From contig OZ024746.1 of the NCBI GenBank assembly GCA_964016885.1, positions 91,946,001 through 92,010,000 on the forward strand: DNA of 64,000 nucleotides. Reading direction: 5' to 3'. This document shows, piece by piece, positions 53,703 to 64,000 of this stretch (position 1 is its first letter; the number at the start of each line of letters is the position of its first letter). The DNA is from Eledone cirrhosa. Its lineage: Eukaryota. The notes beneath the pieces are model-generated. The model had not been told where the DNA came from. It worked only from the letters and a program-made list of their open reading frames with translations, and did not search any database. A program made the translations under genes and the position numbers.

Positions 53703-53971
53703 TATTGTTATACTTTGGGAGGGTTATGTTGCTAATAAAAACACACGCACCTGTTCAATAATCGGATGGTTGTTTATATATTGTCAAAGCTCTTTCGTCA
53801 CACATTATGTGACCTCCTCAGTGACTGATCTCTTATTTTGTGTCTCTCCTTTGATATAAACAACCATCCGGTTATTGAACCAACCAACCGGAAATTTATA
53901 ATAAATTGAAGTGAAACCAACAGGTGCATGTGCTTTTATTGGCAGCATGACTCTCCCAAAGTATAACAATA
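53703..53971. mobile_element. Foldback element (about 53-bp and 27-bp inverted arms) enclosing a hammerhead
   Basis: TATTGTTATACTTTGGGAG..GCACCTGTT / AACAGGTGC..CTCCCAAAGTATAACAATA and GTTCAATAATCGGATGGTTGTTTATAT / ATATAAACAACCATCCGGTTATTGAAC. Confidence 0.8.
53783..53825 (-). ncRNA. Minimal type I hammerhead ribozyme motif
   Basis: Minus: GTCA-CTGAGGA-G-GTCACA-taatg-TGTGAC-GAAA-GAGC-T-T-TGAC; perfect stems I and II. Confidence 0.75.
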
Positions 53972-54129
53972 CATACACACACACACACATATATATATTT
54001 ACAAACAAATGATTTTAGATATAAAGTGGTGTGAATGTGTGTGTGTGGCTTGTGTTGTTCGGAAGTATTTCCGTACAACAGAATATATTACATTCACTAA
54101 TCTTCCACTAATGTCTGCAATCAGAATTA

Positions 54130-54460
54130 GTGAAGGCATATGGCTTAGTGTTTAGGGTGTTTAGCTCACTATCTTAATGCTGTGAGTTCGATTTCCGCTA
54201 GTACATTGTTTCCTTAGGCAAGATACGCCATTTTACGTTGCTCCAGTCCACCCCGTTAACAAAATTGACTTGTACCTATAATTCAAAGGCCAGCTTTTTC
54301 GCACAATGTGTAACGCTAAAACACTGAGAATAAATTGCTGTAAAGATACATATTTCTGTGGAATGTTCAGTCACTTGTCCGTTAATTTCACGAGCAAGTT
54401 GTTCAGTAAATGAGACACCTTGAACACACCTAGTCGGAACCGTCGGATGTCCAACGCCAT
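54130..54460 (+). mobile_element. tRNA-derived SINE, family B (Deu/Nin-like core)
   Basis: TGGCTTAGTG A box, GAGTTCGATT B box, GTTGCTCCAGTCCAC core; relatives at 60835-61120 (+), 56340-56670 (-) and 28820-28955 (-). Confidence 0.7.
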
Positions 54461-54524
54461 TATTAGACAGCAGATACGGATGGTTTAAGATCCTCCTATA
54501 TCAGGGGTCGATGGGTGTGCGGGG

Positions 54525-54897
54525 CGACATTGCCTGCTGTGTTTCGTATGCAGGCCACATTGCTATGTATTGTCTCATCTGCAGGCCACATTGCTATGCT
54601 GTGTCTCGTATGCAGGCCACATTGCTATGCTGTGTCTCGTCTGCAGGCCACATTGCTATGCTGTGTCTCGTCTGCAGGCCACATTGCTATGTATTGTCTC
54701 ATTGGCAGGCCACATTGCTATGCTGTGTCTCGTCTGCAGGCCACATTGCTATGCTGTGTCTCGTCTGCAGGCCACATTGCTATGTTGTGTCTCGTCTGCA
54801 GGCCACATTGCTATGCAGGGTCTCATCGGGGGCCACATAGCTATGCAGTGTCTCATCGGGGGCCACATTGCTATGCCGTGTTTCATCGGCGGGCCAT
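54525..54897. repeat. 31-bp minisatellite, about 12 copies, just after a CAGGGGT hAT-like start (54503)
   Basis: Unit GCAGGCCACATTGCTATGCTGTGTCTCGTCT. Confidence 0.92.
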
Positions 54898-55745
54898 GAT
54901 ATCAAATAAGGAATGACAACATATGTAAAACCGAAAACAGTAATATGATTAAAATAATGGTATTTTTAATAAACTGTGACAAAACTCCGACACCTGGCGG
55001 TGTATTTAGATCAGGGATGCTATTTGTTCGATGAAAAACTTTACTTCTAATAATACTGAACACTTTTAACATAGAAAAATAAATAAACATTGATTATTAT
55101 CAAATAGTCACAGATGTTTTACTACCAGACAGAAAACTCAAATGGAAGATTTTGAGGATGAAATGAAATAACTATATGCCAGACACACTGACTTGTTTTA
55201 GGTAAGTCTAGGTCATTCTACATCCCTGCCATACACATACTATGTATGTATATACACTTACACACACAGCTACACACACACACTTACTCACACAGTCCCC
55301 TAGACCTCGATGCCTGACTATTCTGTCTGAGATTGTTTGTTACTGTCACGTTAAAATATTCAGCTGAGTCTTGTGGCCAGACATCTTCTCTAGTTGGTAT
55401 TATAATCCAAAATAATTCAGAGCATTTATTCAGGGATCACTTAGCCTAAGATTGAAACCTGTTGGCAGGCAGGACAAAAATCCTTGGCCGGATGTGGTCG
55501 ACCCTTGGTCTAACACACAACGAATGTTATATTTTTGGACGTGAATATCTCCATATGTTGCTAGATATGGCCAAAAGTGGGTTACTTCAAACAGTTCAGG
55601 TATGTCGTCTGCTCAATAAGAACAATAATGTCATATTATAGGATTTACTAACAACTACTTTATTTCCAAACTTTCTCTCTCTCTCTCTTCTCTTTTCTCT
55701 CTCTACCCTCTCCCTCTCTATCTTTGTCTCTCTCTCTCTCTCTCT

Positions 55746-55829
<84 letters not shown>

Positions 55830-57214
55830 TCTCTCTTTTTTCTCTCGGTCCGTATCTGTCTCTGTCTCTCGTCCTATTTCTTGCTCTCTCTCCCTCCCGC
55901 TTTCTCCCCCCCCCTCTCTCACACACCCTCCCCCTCTCTCATTCCTTACATGATCTGAAAAGGAAACATTAAAAGTGATTCTGTACAGAAGATATTGAAG
56001 ATATTTTTCTTCCTTTACAATTACTCAGAGTGTTTGTCTTTCTGATGGAACATTGATTAGTTTTCTCTTGTTGATATTTCTTCCCGCCAAAAGCATGTCT
56101 AGTTAATTATATATTCATCTTTTTTCAAATATAAATTGAAACCAAATAAGATGAAGTCAAATTAGATGCTATTTTATGATTTAGTCTGAGGAGTAAAGAC
56201 TTCACATCATCTATTCTAGATAATGCTTAGAGATTGTTTAGCATGGTTAATTCTATAGAGTGGGGAGAGGGATATTGGTGATTTGGGGCGGGGAGATATT
56301 GGCGACTAGATTCATTTCGAAATGAAAAAAACTGTGTGAAGTGAAATGGGCCTCCGTCGGTTTTGACGATGAGTGTTCAATCAATAGAACAGACTCCTCA
56401 TGAAATTAATAATGTAAATAATTGAGTATTCCACAGACACTTGTATCTTTAACGTAATTCTCAGGGAGATTTAACTTGACAGTGTGTAGCAAGGCTGGCC
56501 CTTTTTTAGGTTCAATCCATTCAACGGGTTCCCAAACACTATCCAGTTTCACTCAGAAGGCACAGGTTGACCCGAGGTTAGGATAAATGTCACTCGCTCA
56601 AGGTGCCACGCAATAGGACCGAACCTGGGACTTTACGACTGCGAAACGAACATCTTAACCATTTGGCTATACTACGTCCATAAGCGAACAAAATATAATT
56701 CGGGTAAAGTGCTTATTGTCGAGGTTAGGGGACACAAGTGTGTGAGGTGTGTTTAGATAGAGACTATGTATGTAAGTTCAGAACTTTTGTAACGGTAGAG
56801 AAGATAGAGTTAAGGAACTATGTTTGGAGGTGAACATGGAGTTGACAGATGTTCTCAGCAGGACTTTTTATAGCCGGATTATCCCAGAAAGAATGTCCTG
56901 TGGTATTCTCTCAGCTCTCTCAGCTCTCTGAGTTCAAATTCTATCGAAGTCAACTTAGCTTTTCGTCATTTCAAGATCAATAAAACATACCAGTCCAGTA
57001 CTTGGGTGGATTCTTCCTCTATGGAATGTTATAATTCCAAGAAATTAGAACCAGAGTTTCAACTAAAATCACAGATACAGTCACAATATACTCTTCTTTT
57101 GTGAGCAAAAAATCGCTAGAATTAATTACATTACGTTATCGTTTATTTTCTTTTATCGATTGGTAAAAATCAAACTGATCCTATTTTTTCAGTATGGATT
57201 AACAGACAATCACA

Positions 57215-57447
57215 GATTAAAGAAGGCCATGATAGGTTAAAGAAGGCAATGATGGGTTAAAGAAGGCAATGATGGGTTAAAGAAGGGTATGACGGGTTAA
57301 AGAAGGCTATGGCGGGTTAAAGAAGGCGATGGTGGGTTAAAGAAGGCGATGGTGGGTTAAAGAAGGCTATGATGGGTTAAAGAAGGCTATGGCGGGTTAA
57401 AGAAGGCTATGATGAGTTAAAGAAGGCTATGACGGGTTAAAGAAGGT
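57215..57447. repeat. 20-bp minisatellite, about 11 copies
   Basis: Unit GGTTAAAGAAGGCTATGATG. Confidence 0.93.
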
Positions 57448-58894
57448 TACCAATGTCGATTAAGAAAAGTTGATTTCATTTCCTTTATTACTCAGTTACA
57501 GATCCAAATGGGTTTGAATATTTTTTCTAATCGTTATTCCCACTAAAAGCAGATTACGAAACGTATTTCACTTGTTATTTGTGAATGTTCAAGATTGTTG
57601 TTTTAAGCCAATTGCTTCCCACATGTGGCCAGCCTGCTGGAGAAAGGTTATATCTTCCTGCCAGTTGTAACTCCTGGCAAAACGTCACTACTTTTCTGGC
57701 GACAGGGGACGTGATTTGAACGCACAAAGCTAAAACAGATACCTCAAACCTTCCCGTCTGACTCGAAACTTTTTGACGATTCTGCCAAGTCACTACCCCT
57801 AGATTAGTGCTACATTTTATCGGCTCCTAAAAGATAAAAGGTAAAGTTTGAACATAAAACCACGAAATATAGAATTGGATACAGACAAGTATACACAAAA
57901 GTCACCACTTTATATTTAAGCTCTAGGGAATAGCATGTCATGTTGCTACATTTCTCGGGGTAATACAGATTCTCGATACAGTACTCTCCCCTCCCCTCCA
58001 ATTTATAGCCTTAATCCTCTGTAAGTAGAGCCAGTTCCAAGGTATTCAGCACCCTAGGTTAGCTCTAAAATACCTACCCTATTCTCCCAAATAAAACATT
58101 TTCAACTGACAGTTTAGTAAGCTGACAAATCTAATTTTGATACTTAATGCTCTGATCACACTAAGAAAATTACTATGCCTACATTTTCCACTACACAGTC
58201 CACTTTCACCGATGTCAAATCATGTGACAGGCCATAAAACCATATGGTTTTCTCCACCACTTTGGATATTTCCACAACATTGATATGCGACAAAGATGTT
58301 TAGCGATTTATTTATTGATCGCAGGAAAATAGTTTTATATTTAACATATTTGCACAAATTTATATAATACTGTGATCCTTTAAGATTCAGTAATGCACCT
58401 TTCTGCGATCCATGCCCTAGGGTGCTGCCTAAGTTGGCCTAAAGAGTAACGTCGACCTTGGCTGTAAAAAAATCAATAGATGATTAATGAAAGCAGTCCA
58501 ACTGGGAATATGAAAGCTCACTATAAATTTCAATCAGTGAGAGCTGTCGTATTAATGTCGCTCACTAAATAGAGATTCTAAAAGCAATAATAAGATTTAT
58601 GATCTCTAAATATATATTTCGTTATCATAAACTGATACACAGATGTATGTTGCCTCTTTTATCTGTTTGTTTGTTTTTGTTTTCTGTATATGATAATAAC
58701 AGCCATAGGACTAATCCATTATTATTCACAGACACACAGAAATAGTTTGAAATATATGTATATATGGACCTGCAGCCCCGAGGGAGTCGTGGGGGCACCA
58801 TATTGAAATACAGTATATCTAGGGCATTTATTTTAAAACCAGACAGAGTCCATCTCCTCTCCAGGTCTGAATACAGCAAATTTCTTCCAGAGAA

Positions 58895-58977
<83 letters not shown>

Positions 58978-60131
58978 GAATCGACCCCAGTACTAGACTG
59001 ATACTTTTCTATCAACATTGAATGGATGAAATACAAAGTTGACCTCAATGGGATTTGAACTCAGAGAGCAGGGAGTCGAAATAAATACCGCAAGGCATTC
59101 TATCCGACGTTCTAATGACTCTGTCAGTTCGCCATCTTTGTTCTATCTGACAGTAAGTTAAAAAAAAGGAAAAAATAGCGAACTAGACTAAACAAAACTT
59201 CTCGAAATAATCCAAATATAGAAAAAGATACTTAAACACTTTTGGATGACCCGAGAGCAGAGGGCGGTGACGCTTACTTGTCCTTGCCCTAACTTAAAAA
59301 AATCTCTTATACATTTTTTCTTTATTTTATTTCAACCAGTGAAATTAGGAGGAAGTTATTTCTTATATTGCTCGAGGTGTTACTTAGTATTAACATCAGA
59401 GAAAAGTAATGGTTTATATGACTTAACACGCTTCTGTCTATATTAGGCAAACACCAATCAGTGTGAGCCCCGCGAGTTGGAGTGGCTTTTCCAGCGCGTC
59501 TTACGCCTTCTCCATTCTGACCGCCGGGGCTGTGTGTGTGTGGGGGGGGGGGGAGCATCGCGTATCATTCGATATTTAATTATGATCGGTATGTGTGTGT
59601 TTATATATATATATTACTTTTATTTTCATTCAGCATCATGTCATTCTTCATTGCTTTTCACTAACTACTTTTTATCCTGTTTCAATTAATATGGCCAAGG
59701 TCAGTATAGTAAGAGTCGTGTGTTCCTTGTTGGTGAGAATAGTATCTAGCCGTAATAACAGCAAGTTGTGAACGAATTTTGAAACCTGTTCTTCCTAATT
59801 TAATTTCTTTCAAAACTCCTTTAAAGTATTTCATTACGAAAGATTGGGTAGGGTTTTTTTGTTGTTTTTTGCCCTTGATCCTGTCCTTTCTAGGTGTTTT
59901 TTTTCTTCTTTTCATTGCGTAAAGAATAAGAGGTTGAAATAATTTGAAACGGATCCATGAAATATTATTTTATCGGAAAGATGATAACCAAAATCTATCT
60001 CGATATGTTTTTATTGAGAATGCTGAGATACAAATATAGAAGAAATTACTGTAAAGCTTCTGCGTAATCTCACTCTAATCCAGAAGTTTCCATTCCCTCT
60101 TATATATAACTCTCTACGTTTACATCGCTAA

Positions 60132-60482
60132 TACGAGGGGCGGATGAAAAGTTCATAGTCTGACCAAGATACTTTCATAGAATGACCAAATGAGGTTTAT
60201 TTGTCAACATAGTCCCTGGACAGAAACAATGTAGTTATTAATAAGAACAATTGAAATTAATGCATGCAAGATTTCACAGCTCTAGTATCACTCCTTCATA
60301 GTCAGCCTATGACCAAGATACTCTCATGAAATGACCAAATGAGGTTTATTTTTCAACATAGTCCCTGGACAGAAACAATGTAGTTATTAATAAGAACAAT
60401 TGAAATTAATGCATGCAAGATTTCACAGCTCTAGCATCACTCCTTCATAGTCAGCCGATGAACTTTTCGGTCGACCCTCGTC
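60132..60482. mobile_element. mariner-like MITE with an internal 149-bp duplication
   Basis: TA-CGAGGGGCGGATGAAAAGTTCATAGTCTGAC ... GTCAGCCGATGAACTTTTCGGTCGACCCTCG; repeat units start at 60161 and 60310. Confidence 0.85.
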
Positions 60483-61157
60483 CATTAAAGCCTACCACAC
60501 TATTGATCTCTGCTTCCATTGAAATCAGTGAAACTAATAACTAATTCATGGCCGAGTACTAATTAGTGGTGTTTCGCATTATAACACCACCTCAAATTTC
60601 AAATGAAAGGGAAGATGTAATCGATTGAATCGACACTAATTCATGATTGATTCTTATTTTATCGACCCCCAACAGAAAGATTAAAGATAAAGTCAACTCG
60701 AGATGAACATGAACTCAGAAATCAGAGCTGAACTCTGAAAGGCGTTTAACTCATTCCTTTCCTATTTCTGTCACTTCACCATCGTGATACCAGTAATTAT
60801 TCAGGATAAAACCGCTACTAGAGTCTCGATATATTACTACGGCTAAAAACACTTAGCATGATGGTATTGTTGTGAGTTCGATTCCCACCAGAGAGTTGTG
60901 TCTTTGAACAAAACACTTCACGTCGCTCAAGTTCACTCCGTTGGGAACAAATAGCTAGAACCTATCATTCAAAGGGTCAGTGTCACGCTGGATCTCCCCG
61001 AGAATCACGTTAGGGTGCACATATTTATGGAATGCTCAGGCACTTGCACGTCAATCAGACGAATAGGTTATTCCTTTGTTGGAATAGTTGGGACATTTGT
61101 CATCGGAATGCCGTGACAGAGTAAAATTATCGATTATTATTTAGGCGGATTATTATT

Positions 61158-61808
61158 AAGGGCGGTGGATTGGCAGTATCGGTAGAGGGTCGGACGCTAT
61201 GCTTTGCAGCATAGTTACGTCCCTTTACGGACTGAGTTCAATCCCGCCGAGGTTAGCTTTGCCTTTCATCCTTACGGGGTCGATAAAATAAAGTACCAGT
61301 AATGCAGTGGGTAATTGCTGGCCTTGTGCCTAAAGTAGAAACAATTATTTAGTCCTAGTTTGCAGGGCCGTGGGTTGGCAGAATCGGTAGAGTATCGGAG
61401 ACTATGTTTTGTGGCATTTATACAGGATCTTTACGTCCTCAGTTCAAATCCTGCCAATGTCTACTTTGCCTTCCATCAGTCATATACAGGGGTTGATTTA
61501 ATGACCTTTCCTCTCCCCTCAAATTGTTGGCCGTGTGCCTAAATTAGAAATATTTATTTAGTCTTAGTTTAAAGGGCGGTGGATTGGCAGAATCGGTAGA
61601 GCGTCGGACATGCTTTGTGGCATATAGTTACATCCCTTTGCCTTCTGAGTTCAAATCCCACCGAGGTTAGCTTTGCCTTCCATCCTTGAGAGGTCGATAA
61701 AATAAAATACCAGCAACGCTCTGGGGCCAATTTGATCGACCCTCCCCTCCCCCACCCCTTCAAATTGTTGTACTTGTGCCTTAATCAGAAATATTATTTA
61801 GTCCTAGA
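61158..61808 (+). mobile_element. Head-to-tail trimer of SINE family A variants
   Basis: Three GGGC(G/C)GTGG heads near 61159, 61365 and 61574, each with a B box. Confidence 0.9.
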
Positions 61809-62094
61809 TTGGCCCTGCTCAAAAAATAGCGTTCCAGTCGTGACAGTATATTATGAAAGATGTTCCAGTCATGACCATCCCACCATGTTTTTTCACACAG
61901 TTTATCTGAAATCACATTATTTAATGTATTCTCCTCTTTTAAAGGAGATATTTGATTTCTATTTTTAAGAGTTCGATTACATACAGCCCCCTCCCCCACC
62001 TCCTCCTCCACCGCCACCACATCACCTTCTTCACTATTGATTTCATTTCACCTGTGTAGTAAAAAAAATGTCAGAAGGTTCATTTGGCCGGCGC

Positions 62095-62335
62095 TTATCC
62101 CGGTTTCATGGCGTGAAGTGACTGAGAGTACAAGACTCCCCACTGGAGAGGACGCCAGTCCATCGCAGGGTTAAACCTCCAGCTATTGCTGGTACTCATT
62201 TTCAGCTGAGTATACTGGAGCAAGGTGAAATGAAGTGTTTTGCTCAAGAACACAACACGCACACCAGGAATCGAACCCACGACATTATTATCGTAAATCC
62301 AACACTCTTACCACTAGGCCACGTGCCTCCACTCC
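62095..62335 (-). mobile_element. tRNA-derived SINE with a Deu/Nin-like core
   Basis: Minus: TGGCCTAGTGGT A box, GGTTCGATTCC B box, TTGCTCCAGTATACTCAGCTGAAAATGAGTACC, CCCTGCGATGGACTGGCGTCC. Confidence 0.8.
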
Positions 62336-62639
62336 TGTGTAGTAAATGGGTTATTATATTCATCTCCATCTTATCTCTATCACAGCAATCAGACATCAAT
62401 CACTAAATCTAAGAACACAGCAGCGAGTTGTTCAAATCTGATCTAAACATATTCCTTTGCCACAAATATGTGGTTCACCTACAAGCAAGAGACTTCCTGT
62501 TTAGTAAGTTATTGTTATTATTGTTAGCAGAAAAACCGACCGGTTTTCTGCTAGCATATGTAGTGTGTATATTAAATTATACGCAAATATATAAGCATAT
62601 AGATGTGATACGTAAATTGAAAAGTAAATTGACAATATC

Positions 62640-62780
62640 TTTTTCTTCTTCGTCCACTTATTTCTGAGAGGGTCTTGGGGTCAGAGTCCTCAAACCCTCC
62701 TTCCAGCAGAAGCAACTATCTCCAACTGATCCGGCTGGATCACCAAGTGAGACCAGCCAAGCTCATGGATGTTATCCTAC
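62640..62780 (-). mobile_element. RTE LINE extreme 3' end, (AAG)n family
   Basis: Homologous to 21530-21690 and 38640-38800. Confidence 0.8.
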
Positions 62781-63044
62781 CATCTTGCTCGGAGTCTACC
62801 GCAAAATCAGCCCTAGTAGACCCATAAGAGGTAGACCCACGACCATAACCTCAATGGCTAAAAAGACTCCCATAGGAAGATGGAATGGAGGGACCCAAAG
62901 CCATATGGACACCCCAAAACAGTGATCAGGTGAGAAAAATGGTTGCCAATCTGTTTATGGTATAGTGGGGGAGGAGACTCAGGAAACTCCTTGAAGAGAG
63001 GTCCATAGACCTCGTCATGTATTCTCGTTACGTAGAAGATATCA

Positions 63045-63100
<56 letters not shown>

Positions 63101-64000
63101 CCCCCACCTATAGTGCCAATAAACCTGAATTAGAAACTAACATAATGGAGGGCATCCAGCAGATAGTTAATTCCATACATCAGAGAATAACAGTAACTAT
63201 TGACTACCCTTCCAAACACCCTAACAATAGACTACCAGTATTAGACACGGACCTCTGGTTAAACACTATAAACGAGAGGGCCCAAATTCTCCACTCACAT
63301 TATGCTAAACCCATGGCTTCCAAATACCTGATACTCAGCAATGTCCAATAGTGCTAAGTTCAATATTCTGATCGCATACTTGGTAAGAGTGATGAAGAAT
63401 GTGTCCCGCATGTGCGACCCAACTGAAATGGAAAGACACATCCAACACTTCATCAATCGCATGCAGTTCTCTGGCTACAACCAAAGAGTGAGAATCAGAG
63501 CATACAAAGGAGCCACGGGGAAATATAAGACCCTTATAAAAATAAAAGGAATTTGCCCATTATTCAGAAGCAAATTATGGAATAGCTTACATAGGACTAA
63601 ACATAAGATAGGAAAAGCCAACTCATAGTACGACAACCAGAGATACCAGAGTGTCATGTTCGTGGATGCTATACCTGGAGGGAAATTAGCTAACCAATGT
63701 ATTAAGGCCCTGAGAAAGACGCACTTAAAAATTAAAGTGGTAGAAAAGCCAGGAACTACTATAAAATCACTGATCAGCAAAACATATCTCTTTAAGAAAA
63801 CACACTGTACAAATAAGAAATGTGTTATATGTAGAATGAACCCTCAAATAAATCGTAAAACTAGAAATGTAGTCTATAGCGTGAGATGTACAGAGGGTAC
63901 TTGCAGAAATAGGACAACGACATAGGAGAAAGAATAGACCAGCACGGGGGGGGGGGGGACTAAAAGGACAAAAAGACGGTTCAGTACTATACGAACACGC
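62781..64000 (+). mobile_element. Decayed Penelope-like element: RT, Cys-rich linker and start of the GIY-YIG endonuclease
   Basis: ANLFM.W..MYSRYVEDI, NSIH..ITVTIDYPSKHPNNRLPVLD, HYAKPMAS, RMQFSGY, LKIKVVEKPG, CTNKKCVIC..TRNVVYSVRC; frameshifts; (AAT)n at 63044-63097. Confidence 0.88.

Noticed and set aside
54130-62335. tRNA genes
   Set aside because: A/B boxes continue into SINE cores and no complete cloverleaf is evident

Overview
Repeat-saturated, AT-rich eukaryotic DNA with no confidently identifiable host protein-coding exon. The tRNA-SINE, RTE, R4/Dong, Penelope and microsatellite landscape suggests a cephalopod (Octopus-like) intron or intergenic region; this is inference only. Most listed ORFs are microsatellite or minisatellite artefacts. 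The real coding relics are mobile elements: a decayed hAT transposase (2.7-3.8 kb), four 5'-truncated R4/Dong-type RLE retrotransposons each bracketed by (TAA)n (10.4-13.5 kb), a near full-length frameshifted RTE LINE (23.6-27.1 kb), further RTE, R4 and HERO fragments, and a Penelope-like RT/GIY-YIG element at the right edge. The most unusual signals are: (1) about a dozen minimal type I hammerhead-ribozyme motifs (intact, degenerate or truncated), mostly in short elements ending at microsatellites; two homologous copies (8.6 kb and 53.5 kb) show compensatory stem II changes; (2) foldback palindromes next to several of these ribozymes; (3) the (TAA)n-punctuated R4 stack, which contains an exact inter-family chimeric segment; (4) a pure microsatellite flanked by a 12-bp direct repeat; (5) several minisatellites that start at transposon ends. 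All calls were made by eye, and element boundaries are approximate.
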